From assembly GCA_049322915.1 (NCBI GenBank), contig JBMOPW010000003.1:32001-96000 (forward strand): a stretch of DNA of 64,000 nucleotides, given 5' to 3'. The translations under genes and the position numbers were made by a program. The notes beneath the pieces are model-generated. The model was given only the letters and a program-made list of their open reading frames with translations, had not been told where the DNA came from and did no database searches. Shown piece after piece: positions 29,173 to 40,854 of the stretch; positions within the stretch are counted from its first letter, which is position 1, and each line of letters starts with the position of its first letter. This stretch comes from Candidatus Zhuqueibacterota bacterium. GTDB taxonomy: Bacteria; Zhuqueibacterota; Zhuqueibacteria; Thermofontimicrobiales; Thermofontimicrobiaceae.

Positions 29173-29294
29173 CTACAATTTCTCGGAAAATTTTAATCAT
29201 AAAGGTATCTAATGACATACGCCTTGTTTGTCTCAGATAGTTAATTTTTCCCTCCCAGGTCATTCTGCTCATCTCAAAATTTAATATGGACAAA

Positions 29295-29323
29295 AATATA
29301 GAAAATTTAAATTTAAAAATCAA
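29295..29323 (-). promoter_or_regulatory. sigma70-type promoter oriented toward manC
   Basis: Minus strand TTGATT-17-TATATT. Confidence 0.5.
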
Positions 29324-29538
29324 GTAGATTCTTAAAAAATAATTGTAATTTTCTCTGCGCTGCATGGTCTGCCTGACGCACTTATTCCAAACTTGCCCAT
29401 TCGTCACTGCCGGCATTTTTTCATTCCTGACCATCATAACTATTGCAATTTTATTTTAATTTTTTTATCTTTACCTGCAATCTCGCAACGCGTCTGGGTT
29501 CAGCGAATGATACAGGAATTTGGGTAAAGGGTCAAGCT

Positions 29539-29961
29539 ATGTCTTCGCAAAAATTCATTCAGTTAGACCATACCGGCGATTTAAGGGTGATGGTTTTTGG
29601 AAAATCATTAAAAGAACTGTTTGAAAATTCTGCCATCGCATTGTTCAGCCAGATTACGGACATCTCCCGGGTCAATCACGATTCCACGGACTCACTCCAC
29701 GTCACCGGTATCGATAAAGAAGAACTGCTGGTGAGCTGGCTTTCGGAATTGAATTATATGCATATAACCGAAGGAAAGTTGTTCAGTAAATTCGATATCT
29801 CCCATATCAGCGACACAAAGCTCACAGCCATCGCCTTTGGTGAAAAATATAATCCCTTCCGGCATTCGTCAGGTTTTGAAATCAAGGCGGTGACTTTTCA
29901 CGACCTGCAAATTGAGAAAAAAGACGATCTGTGGCAGACCAGGATCGTATTTGATATTTAA
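29539..29961 (+). CDS. Archease
   Basis: LDHTGD at the N-terminus, EIKAVTFH, and terminal VFDI; ATG at 29539. Confidence 0.9.
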   Translation: MSSQKFIQLDHTGDLRVMVFGKSLKELFENSAIALFSQITDISRVNHDSTDSLHVTGIDKEELLVSWLSELNYMHITEGKLFSKFDISHISDTKLTAIAFGEKYNPFRHSSGFEIKAVTFHDLQIEKKDDLWQTRIVFDI

Positions 29962-30222
29962 GCATTCACCGATTCATCGCGATGTGTTTCTGATCTGAAG
30001 GAAATGTCAGTAATGGGCGGGTCCGCGGCTCGGATATCGCAGCGCGTTCACGGCGCGCCGACTTGAATGCCACAGGCGCTCTTCAGTCGTGCCATCGGCA
30101 GATTGAGCAGCAGGATTGTAAATTTTTCGGCGCCAAGCCCGGTTCGATGGAATCCATCGAAGCAATATACATGCTGGCGCCTGGCGCAAACTAAACTGTG
30201 TGATATTAGAACTGAAAATTAA

Positions 30223-30322
30223 CCCTACAACGTCATTTAGTAAATTTATCACAATATGTTGAGTTTTTCATCTATCAAAAATACAATATACAACGATAAA
30301 AAATCTATGTGACGTAGTAGGG
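30223..30322. mobile_element. 100-bp MITE-like element flanked by TTAA
   Basis: TTAA|ccctacaacgtca...tgacgtagtaggg|TTAA; 13-bp terminal repeats with 12/13 match; AT-rich core. Confidence 0.6.
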
Positions 30323-30344
30323 TTAATGTAACAGGGCATACTCC

Positions 30345-31787
30345 ATGTCAGACGTGAAATTGAAAAAGATCAACGATTATCTCTGGGAAATTCCCAAGGA
30401 AGATAAAATGCATGTCCCCGGCCGGATTTACGCGACGCAAAAAATGCTGTCCCATATTCAGGAGGAGGATGCGCCGAAGCAGGTGCAAAATGTCGCGCAT
30501 TTGCCGGGCATTGTGGATTGGTCCATGGCCATGCCGGACATCCATTGGGGCTATGGTTTTCCCATCGGCGGCGTGGCTGCGTTCGATGTCGACGAGGGCG
30601 TGATTTCGCCCGGCGGCGTTGGTTATGACATTAACTGCGGGGTACGGCTGCTCAAAACACAATTGGTACGGAGCGACATTCAATCCAAAATCCAGTTGCT
30701 GGTCGCCAGCATGTTCAAATATATCCCGAGCGGCGTCGGTTCTTCCGGCCCATTGAAAACCAGCGATAGCGAATTGAAAAAGGTCATGGTGAAAGGAGCG
30801 CGCTGGGCGGTTCAGAACGGTTATGGCGACGAGGACGATCTCGATAAAATCGAGGAAAATGGAGAGATGCCGGGAGCTGACCCATCGACTGTCAGCCAGA
30901 AAGCCATCACGCGGGGCCGGCCGCAATTGGGCACTCTGGGCTCTGGCAACCATTTTGTTGAAATTCAATACATCGATAAAATTTTCGACGCGGAGCTGGG
31001 CCAGCGCCTGGGACTTTTCGAAGGCCAGATTACGGTGTCCATCCATACCGGATCGCGCGGATTTGGCTATCAAATCTGCGATGATTCCATTCACAAGATG
31101 ATTCTCGCTTCTCAGAAATACGGCATTGAACTGCCGGATCGGCAACTCTGCGCTGCGCCCATCACGTCGCCGGAGGGCAAAGAGTATTTTGCTGCCATGG
31201 TCTGCGCCGTCAACTACGCATTTGCCAATCGCCAGATCATCTCGCACTGGGTGGAAGAAGCATTCATCCGCTCGTTGAAATCAACTCCCAACCAGGTTAA
31301 ATTCAGCACGGTTTACGAAGTCGCCCACAATATTGCCAAATTCGAAACGCATATCGTGCATGGGAAAAAGCGAATGCTGTGCGTCCATCGAAAAGGCGCC
31401 ACCCGCGCATTTGGACCGGGCCGGGTTGAACTGCCGGAAATGTACCGCGACATCGGCCAGCCGGTGTTGATCCCCGGGGACATGGGCCGCAGTTCCTACG
31501 TGCTGATCGGCACCGAAGCAGCGATGGAACAGACGTTTGGTTCCACCTGTCACGGCGCCGGCCGGCTGATGAGTCGCAATAAAGCCATTCAACTGGCGCG
31601 CGGCCGATCGATCCAGAATGAACTGGCGCAGCAGGGAATTGAAGTGATGGCAGCGAGCCGGGCGACCCTGGCGGAAGAAATGCCCGAAGCCTACAAAGAT
31701 GTTTCCGATGTCGTCGAGGCTGTTGTCGGCGCCGGAATCTCGAAAAAGGTGGCCAGATTGCGCCCTATGGGCGTGATCAAAGGCTGA
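30345..31787 (+). CDS. rtcB: RNA-splicing/repair ligase RtcB
   Basis: MPDIHWGYGFPIG, VGYDINCG, GSGNHF, HTGSRG, HRKGAT and HGAGR motifs. Confidence 0.96.
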   Translation: MSDVKLKKINDYLWEIPKEDKMHVPGRIYATQKMLSHIQEEDAPKQVQNVAHLPGIVDWSMAMPDIHWGYGFPIGGVAAFDVDEGVISPGGVGYDINCGVRLLKTQLVRSDIQSKIQLLVASMFKYIPSGVGSSGPLKTSDSELKKVMVKGARWAVQNGYGDEDDLDKIEENGEMPGADPSTVSQKAITRGRPQLGTLGSGNHFVEIQYIDKIFDAELGQRLGLFEGQITVSIHTGSRGFGYQICDDSIHKMILASQKYGIELPDRQLCAAPITSPEGKEYFAAMVCAVNYAFANRQIISHWVEEAFIRSLKSTPNQVKFSTVYEVAHNIAKFETHIVHGKKRMLCVHRKGATRAFGPGRVELPEMYRDIGQPVLIPGDMGRSSYVLIGTEAAMEQTFGSTCHGAGRLMSRNKAIQLARGRSIQNELAQQGIEVMAASRATLAEEMPEAYKDVSDVVEAVVGAGISKKVARLRPMGVIKG

Positions 31788-33941
<2,154 letters not shown>

Positions 33942-34132
33942 CGGATTGGAACGGCGCTCATCGGAAACGTCGGCAGATCTGCATTTTTTAAAATCCGAAA
34001 TGGACGGGGAAAGCGCCCGGCGGGAGGCGCTGCTTCAATCCGATCCGGGATTCAAATGAAATCGCCGGACTGTGCTGAACAGGCCAATTACGATTCACGT
34101 CAATTCACAACTCGGAGAGAGAGAATATCGCC

Positions 34133-34990
34133 TTGGAATCAGTGCTGAACTATGTCGTGCAGGTTGGTTTAATCTCCAGCAAACTTCTGCTGGGTCTCTT
34201 TTTCCCCATTGTTTTTTCATGCTTCATCTTAAATCTATTAGCCAAAGAACAGAACCGGCGGCTCTATTACATTGGCGGCTGGAAAGCACTGCTGGCAACG
34301 GCATGGATCGGCACGCCCATCCACGAACTGAGCCATTACCTGGCCGCCGTCGTGGCCAGTCACAAAGTCGTTGAAATTCAGCTATTCAAACCGGACAAGC
34401 ACACCGGGTCCATGGGTTACGTCACGCACAGTTTTCAGTCGGACAATTTTTATCAGGCGGTCATTGGCAACACGTTCATCGCCATTGCTCCGTTCTTCGG
34501 CGGCGCAGGCGTCATTTATCTCATCAGCACGCTGGTCTTTCCTGATTTTTCGCTGTTCACCCGGGACGTGCCTCAAATTTACTACCTCACTCTGGACAAC
34601 GCGTTGCAGTGGAAAAGTTACCTGATGTTCGGGCAATCCGCCTATTACTTTTTCGACCACCTGTTCGATACGATGTTTGCCCCGGCCATGCTGGGCGATT
34701 GGAAGCTTTACGTTTTTCTATTTTTAATGCTGGGCATCGCCAACCATTTATCCCCCTCAGGCTCTGATTTCAAATATTTCTGGACGCCTCTCCTCATCTT
34801 CGTGTTCACAATTTTTCTGCTCAACCTCATCATCTACCCGCTCGTCAGGGAGCCGGAAGCCATCATCACCACGGCGTCGAGATACGTGTTCGTCTTTTTG
34901 CCAATTCTGTATCTTTCAATTTTCATCAGCGCCCTGGGACTGCTGGTCACGTTCATCCTGTCCATGATTGTGTGGGTGTTCAAACGATAG
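34133..34990 (+). CDS. Membrane protein with HExxH motif (M50-like metallopeptidase)
   Basis: GTPIHELSH, GYVTH, IAPFF and PSGSD motifs; multiple transmembrane segments. Confidence 0.6.
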   Translation: MESVLNYVVQVGLISSKLLLGLFFPIVFSCFILNLLAKEQNRRLYYIGGWKALLATAWIGTPIHELSHYLAAVVASHKVVEIQLFKPDKHTGSMGYVTHSFQSDNFYQAVIGNTFIAIAPFFGGAGVIYLISTLVFPDFSLFTRDVPQIYYLTLDNALQWKSYLMFGQSAYYFFDHLFDTMFAPAMLGDWKLYVFLFLMLGIANHLSPSGSDFKYFWTPLLIFVFTIFLLNLIIYPLVREPEAIITTASRYVFVFLPILYLSIFISALGLLVTFILSMIVWVFKR

Positions 34991-34999
34991 ACCGTTCTG

Positions 35000-36034
35000 C
35001 TATCCGAACAATTGCGCCAGCGCTTTTTTTGTCATTTCGATATCGTCGCGTCCCACTTCCAGGCTGGTCACCGCCCGCACCAGCTTTTCTCCGAATCCAA
35101 TCATGAGAATACCGCGCTCCGCCAGCTTGCTCAGTACTTGCGGCACTGTCAGCCCGGATTCAGCCACATCGAACACGATGATATTGGTCTCCACATGATT
35201 CGGATGGATGCGGAATCCTTTGATTTCCCCGATGGCCTGGGCCAGCATTTTCGCATGGGCATGGTCGTCGGCCAGGCGCTCCACGTTGTTTTCCAGCGCG
35301 TACAATGCGGCAGCGGCCAGAATACCCACCTGTCGCATTCCGCCTCCCAGCATTTTGCGGAATCGATGCGCCCGCCGGATGAACTCGGTCGAACCAGCCA
35401 GGATCGATCCCACCGGCGCGCCCAATCCTTTTGAAAAACAGAACATCAGCGAATCGAAATGCCGGGCATAGGTCGCGGCGCTGACGCCGGTGGCGACGCA
35501 CGCATTGAACAATCGGGCGCCATCCAGGTGCATGCGGATGGAATGTTGCAGCGTCAACTGCCGAATGGCCGCGATGTCATCGAGTGGGTAAATTGCGCCG
35601 CTGCCGCGGTTGTGAGTGTTTTCCAGACAAAGCAGCCGCGTTGCCGGAATGTGCACGTTGGGCTCGCGGATAGCCTGTTTAATCTGCGCCGCAGATAAAA
35701 TGCCGCGATTGCCGGGAATGGGATTCAATTGCACGCCGGCCAGAGCGCCGGCGCCACCGACTTCGTAATTGTAGGTATGGGACTCGCGCTCAACGATCAC
35801 CTCGTCCCCTGGCTGCGTGTGAGTTAAAATCGCGATGAGATTGGCCATAGTCCCGGACGGCGTGAACAGGGCAGCTTCCTTGCCCAGCAGGTCCGCCACT
35901 TTCGCCTGTAATTTATTCATCGTGGGATCATCGCCAAACACGTCGTCTCCCACTTCAGCTTCGGCCATGGCGCGCCGCATGGCCGGGGATGGTTTGGTCA
36001 CGGTATCGCTTCGGAGATCAATAATTCGTTTCAT
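35000..36034 (-). CDS. ltaE: Low-specificity L-threonine aldolase
   Basis: [22 protein letters not shown] and [10 protein letters not shown] (PLP lysine). Confidence 0.93.
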   Translation of the reverse strand: MKRIIDLRSDTVTKPSPAMRRAMAEAEVGDDVFGDDPTMNKLQAKVADLLGKEAALFTPSGTMANLIAILTHTQPGDEVIVERESHTYNYEVGGAGALAGVQLNPIPGNRGILSAAQIKQAIREPNVHIPATRLLCLENTHNRGSGAIYPLDDIAAIRQLTLQHSIRMHLDGARLFNACVATGVSAATYARHFDSLMFCFSKGLGAPVGSILAGSTEFIRRAHRFRKMLGGGMRQVGILAAAALYALENNVERLADDHAHAKMLAQAIGEIKGFRIHPNHVETNIIVFDVAESGLTVPQVLSKLAERGILMIGFGEKLVRAVTSLEVGRDDIEMTKKALAQLFG

Positions 36035-36205
36035 GGGCTTCCCTCATAAAAGTGTTTTTTAACTCTGCTCTTCTGCGGCGGTCTCTGCCACAGGACTTTT
36101 TCACTATCATTCGCACCGTTCAATTCACGACGCGGCCGGCAATTCCCCGTCGACTGGCGAGTTGTCCCAACAATGCGCCTTTGCTGCTATCGGATTTCAA
36201 CCCGG

Positions 36206-39200
36206 CTAAATCGGCCGTTCCAGGATCATCATTTTGAACTCATCCCGAAAGCCCGCTTGTTTGAGATAGCCGGCGATCTCGGATTTGCGAACCGGCGCGC
36301 CGTTCCATTCTTCAACCCGAATTCCCCGAATGCGACGCCAGTTGCCGGGGTCGAACAAAATATCCGGCAGGAGTGAAATTGCGCTCTGCTTTTCTTCGTG
36401 CGACAAGTCGCGCAGCGGGGTCAGCCGTTCGCCTCTGGCTTCGATGGCCAGGATGGGAACGCCGTTCTGCAGCACCAGAAAATTATTGGGATGCCGCAGC
36501 AGCCGCCAGTCCGGAAAGAACGGATGCAGCACCGGCAATGGCGAAGCGGCTCCGTACAGATTGGCCGGATCGCAGGTATTGATCAACGCCATGTGTCCGT
36601 TCGATTCCCTGCGACCGTCGGACCGAAGCAGATCAGCCGCCTCCGGCAGGGCGAATTGCATGCCGGAAAATCCCCGCACAAAATAGCCGCGCCGGATTTC
36701 GCCGCGCCACTCCAGTTGCACCAGCTTCTCGTACAGCGAACGCCACGGCACAGGCCAGTTTTCCAATTGAAAGATCTCCCGACTCACCATCCCGTATCGC
36801 AGCAGGATCTGCCGGGCGAGCGCCTCCAACATCGCGGACGACCCAATCGCGGCGGCATCGCGTCCCGGCAGCAATGCCCAGCGGCCGGAACCGGCCACCG
36901 GCCGATACCGATGTGTGCGGCCGTAGCGTTTTCTGGAAGCCTGGTCTCGGGCAGGGTCATCCGCGCGCTCCGCCGGCTGGGCCGGTTTCCCGGCCCGAAC
37001 CGCGGCCAGGGTGTCGTTGTTCACTTCTCCGCGCCAGATCAATTCCCACAGCGAGGAGCTGACCAGCGACGGCGGCAGCCCGGTTTCGGAGGCAATATCG
37101 CTGACGAAACAGGCGCCCAGTTTCCGCATCGCAGTTTTGATTTTCGCGTGGATGGGCGCGTCCTCCGTGGTTTCCGGGTTGAACTGAAAAATCGGGAAAT
37201 CCTCGCGGAACAGAAACGACAGGTTGCCGAAATCGCCGGTTGCGCTTGCCGTTCCCTGCCATACCACTTCTCCCCGGCGACAAAGATCGTCGATCCATTC
37301 CGGGCGGTAGTCTTCCACGCGCCGGCCGAAAATTTCACTCTCCCACAGATACGCCGGCAGCGATATGCCCTGGAATTGCTCCAGAATCGCGATCAGTCCA
37401 TCGGCGCCGGCGAGCCGCGACGCCCGCGACCGATGCTGCCATTTCAGCAGAAATTCGACGAACTGCGCTGTGTCGCATGTCTGAATTTCGTTCCGCTGCT
37501 GCCGGATGGTGATGCGCCGGATCCGCTCCAACGTCTCCCTGAACGCCCAATGCTCCGGGCGATCCGGCGTTTGCGATGGTACCCGGACGAGATTCTCCTC
37601 TCCCTGAGCGCGATTGAGGAATTCCAGTACGGCCGTCTCTTCAAATCCATAGCGCTGCTGAAGGTGCGCCACAGTCACCAGGGCCTGATGGCGGACGAAG
37701 CGCAGCATAATTTTCCAGCGCGCCTCCTCGGGAGTTACGTCTGTTGGGCCCGGCTCGCTCCAATCGATCCCTTCAAATGCAGCGCGGAATTCCGGCAAGA
37801 GGTCCGCAGCGATCCATCGCTCCGGATCCGTGGCGTTCGGAATTTGGAACTGCACGACGCGCTGCTGCCCGGTCAGTTCCCTGAGCATCGCCTCCCCATC
37901 GCTGCTGATGCACTGCGAAATTTCCGCCGGAGTGAGGTCGCCCATTCGCAGCAGCAGCTCCGCCAATTCGCTGGGAGTCCGCGCCTGATAGCCGGCCAGG
38001 CGATGCTGCAATCGCGCCTCCAGCTCTTCAATGGCCGTTTCGTCCAGCAGATGCTGCACGTTGTCCGGGTGCAGCAGCTCAGCCAGACTGTCTTTGTCCA
38101 GCGAATCAGGGCTTCGATCCTCGGCTTTGGGCGCATCGTATTCGTACATGTACCCGGTCATGAATTCGAACATCATGGACGCTGCGAATGGCGAAGGCGA
38201 TGAACTGCGGCGGATCACCAGGCTCACGTCGCCCCGCTCCAGACGGCCGAGGAATTGTTTCAGTTCATCCAGGGCCAGGAAATCCTGCAACGATTCGCGA
38301 TACGTCTCCATGACAATGGGGAATGACGGGTACTTGCGCGCCACTTCCAGCAGGTCCCGGGAGCGAATCCGTTGTAACCATAACGGCGCGCGCTTCCCGG
38401 GTTGCGGCCGCGGCAGCAGCATGGCGCGATTGGCATTCTGCCGAAACCGCAGGCCAAAGAACGCTGAGTTCGCCAATTCCTCGATGGCCAGCGCTTCCAC
38501 ATTTTCCGAGGTGACGCTCCGAATGACGCGGACGATGGTCTCGAATTTCTCCACCGGGTAGCGAAATACCAGGCCGGCGTCCGAATGCAGCGATTCCGGT
38601 TCAATGCCGAGCTGTCGCCGGAACTGGGCCAGAATGGCTAACTTCCACGGCAGATGCAGCCGTCCTCCGAATGGCGTGAGCAGCGTGACCCGCAAATCGC
38701 CCATTTCATCGGTGAATCCTTCGATGAGCACGGTGCGGTCATCCGGGATGACGCCGGCTTCCCGTTTCTGATCGTTCAAAAATTGAGATAAATTCCGGGC
38801 GGCTGTCTCGTCCAGACTGAATTCGTTTTGAAGCCACGCCAGGAAACCGGGCTGTTCCATTTTATCAGCCACCACGCGGCAGAATTCGCCGTGAAGCTGG
38901 CCCAGATGATAACTGCGACCGAGCATTTCGCCCTTCCAGAACGGCATTCGCGCCGGCTCCCCCGGCGCCGGCGTGACAATCACCCGGTCGTGCGTGATTT
39001 CTTTGATGCGCCAGTTATTCGTACCGAGGATGATGACCTCGCCCAACCGACGCTCGAAAATAAATTCCTCCTCCAGTTCACCGATTTTGGTGGCATTGTC
39101 CTCCAGATAACAGCCGTACTGGCCGGTGTCCGGGATGGCGCCGGCGCTCATCAGCGCCAGCCGTTGACTGCCCGGCAGCGCGTGCATCACCTGATTGACG

Positions 39201-40675
39201 CGATCCCACGAGATCCGCGGCCGCAACTCGCGGAACGTCTCTGCCGGATACCGGCCGGAAATCATTTCAACCACGCCGTAGAAATGCGCTCTGGGCAGAT
39301 TTTGGAACGGATAGGCCTGACGCACCAGATGATACAACGCATCGACCGACCACGGTTGCAGCGCGACCATGGCAATGATTTGCTGAGCCAGAATATCCAG
39401 ACAGTTGCGGGGAATTTTTATGGGCGACACATCGCCGCGGCGCATGGCCCGCGTGACCACCGCCATTTCCAGCAGGTCGGAGCGCATCTTGGGCAGCAGT
39501 CGGCCTTTGCTGGCGGTTTTGTACAAGTGGCCGGCGCGACCCACTCGCTGCAAACCGCGCGCGATGTCCTTGGGCGATTCCACCTGACACACAAGATCGA
39601 TGGCCCCCATATCAATGCCCAACTCCAGTGTGGCCGTGGCGACCAACGCTGTCAATTCGCCCCGCTTCAACTGCGCCTCGATGTCCCGACGCGCTTCTTT
39701 GGACACGCTGCCGTGATGCGCTTTGGCCAGTTCATAGCCGGCGCGCTCGTTGATCTCAGCGGTGATCCGCTCCGCTGCCGCGCGGCTGTTGGTGAAAATC
39801 AACGTGGACCGATGCTGCTGAATGAGTTCCAGTAGTTTTTGGTAAATGTCCGGCCAGACCGTATCTTCCGGCAAATCCCGGAAATCGTCCACCGGGGAAA
39901 CGATGCGGAGATCCAGTTCCTTGCGAATGCCGGCGTCCACGATGGTCACCGGCCGCGCCTTGAACTGCGTTTCACCATCCGTCTCAATCCGATCGCACCC
40001 GGCCAGGAATTTGGCGATTTCTTCCAACGGCTTTTGCGTAGCCGATAAGCCGATGCGCACCAGCCTCTGCGCCGCGATCTGCTGGAGACGCTCCAGCAGA
40101 ATGCTGAGAAAAGTACCCCGCTTGTTGTCGGACAGGGCGTGGATTTCATCGACGATGACGAACTTCACCGTCCTCAGAATTTCGCGGGCGCGCTGCGAGG
40201 TGAGCAGCAGATGAAGCGATTCCGGCGTGGTGATTAAAATATGCGGCGGCCGACGCAACATGCGCTGGCGTTCCTTTTGAGGCGTGTCCCCGGTGCGAAC
40301 GGCCACTTCAATCCGGGGGATGGTCATTTCCAATTCGGTGAGTTTTTGCCAGATGCCGGCCAGCGGCTGCCGGAGGTTTCGTTCGATATCGTAGTTCAGC
40401 GCCTTGAGAGGAGAAATGTACAGCGTGTGAACGCCGGCGTCCAGTGCCTGTGGATTTTCCGCGAGCTGTTTCAGAATGTCATCCATGCAGACTAAAAACG
40501 CGGCCAGCGTTTTCCCTGAGCCGGTCGGCGCCAGGATGAGCGTGTTTTCACCCTGCGCAATGGCAGGCCAACCGTTCACCTGGGGCGGCGTCGGCTGCTC
40601 GAATTCAGATTTGAACCACTGCTGGATGGCCGGGTGGAAGGAGTCGAGGGGGTTGATTTTCTCATCTATTGCCAT
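36206..40675 (-). CDS. lhr: Lhr-family ATP-dependent helicase (long form)
   Basis: APTGSGKT, ISPLKAL, DEIH, HHGS, LELGID, QRVGRAGH and EPARMPFW motifs; C-terminal RRGYFV...QFA...DPAN. Confidence 0.92.
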   Translation of the reverse strand: MAIDEKINPLDSFHPAIQQWFKSEFEQPTPPQVNGWPAIAQGENTLILAPTGSGKTLAAFLVCMDDILKQLAENPQALDAGVHTLYISPLKALNYDIERNLRQPLAGIWQKLTELEMTIPRIEVAVRTGDTPQKERQRMLRRPPHILITTPESLHLLLTSQRAREILRTVKFVIVDEIHALSDNKRGTFLSILLERLQQIAAQRLVRIGLSATQKPLEEIAKFLAGCDRIETDGETQFKARPVTIVDAGIRKELDLRIVSPVDDFRDLPEDTVWPDIYQKLLELIQQHRSTLIFTNSRAAAERITAEINERAGYELAKAHHGSVSKEARRDIEAQLKRGELTALVATATLELGIDMGAIDLVCQVESPKDIARGLQRVGRAGHLYKTASKGRLLPKMRSDLLEMAVVTRAMRRGDVSPIKIPRNCLDILAQQIIAMVALQPWSVDALYHLVRQAYPFQNLPRAHFYGVVEMISGRYPAETFRELRPRISWDRVNQVMHALPGSQRLALMSAGAIPDTGQYGCYLEDNATKIGELEEEFIFERRLGEVIILGTNNWRIKEITHDRVIVTPAPGEPARMPFWKGEMLGRSYHLGQLHGEFCRVVADKMEQPGFLAWLQNEFSLDETAARNLSQFLNDQKREAGVIPDDRTVLIEGFTDEMGDLRVTLLTPFGGRLHLPWKLAILAQFRRQLGIEPESLHSDAGLVFRYPVEKFETIVRVIRSVTSENVEALAIEELANSAFFGLRFRQNANRAMLLPRPQPGKRAPLWLQRIRSRDLLEVARKYPSFPIVMETYRESLQDFLALDELKQFLGRLERGDVSLVIRRSSSPSPFAASMMFEFMTGYMYEYDAPKAEDRSPDSLDKDSLAELLHPDNVQHLLDETAIEELEARLQHRLAGYQARTPSELAELLLRMGDLTPAEISQCISSDGEAMLRELTGQQRVVQFQIPNATDPERWIAADLLPEFRAAFEGIDWSEPGPTDVTPEEARWKIMLRFVRHQALVTVAHLQQRYGFEETAVLEFLNRAQGEENLVRVPSQTPDRPEHWAFRETLERIRRITIRQQRNEIQTCDTAQFVEFLLKWQHRSRASRLAGADGLIAILEQFQGISLPAYLWESEIFGRRVEDYRPEWIDDLCRRGEVVWQGTASATGDFGNLSFLFREDFPIFQFNPETTEDAPIHAKIKTAMRKLGACFVSDIASETGLPPSLVSSSLWELIWRGEVNNDTLAAVRAGKPAQPAERADDPARDQASRKRYGRTHRYRPVAGSGRWALLPGRDAAAIGSSAMLEALARQILLRYGMVSREIFQLENWPVPWRSLYEKLVQLEWRGEIRRGYFVRGFSGMQFALPEAADLLRSDGRRESNGHMALINTCDPANLYGAASPLPVLHPFFPDWRLLRHPNNFLVLQNGVPILAIEARGERLTPLRDLSHEEKQSAISLLPDILFDPGNWRRIRGIRVEEWNGAPVRKSEIAGYLKQAGFRDEFKMMILERPI

Positions 40676-40854
40676 GCGCCACTGCTAGAAAAATATATGC
40701 GTTTGTGATTAGAACACAATGGATTATTTCTGAGGAAGCGCGGCCCGGTCGCAGCAGCAGACAGGAGATATCGCATCTCCCCGGTTATCTCCATCGGGAC
40801 GAACCTGATCGCGCTGGAAATGTATCCAGCGCAGAGACGGGACTTGAACCAGCC

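Noticed and set aside
30137..30161. tRNA suggested by GGTTCGA
   Set aside because: No T-stem pairing, cloverleaf or CCA end.
36398..38203. 601-aa plus-strand ORF
   Set aside because: It is antisense to lhr and has no recognisable motifs. It is best explained as a shadow of GC-rich codon usage.
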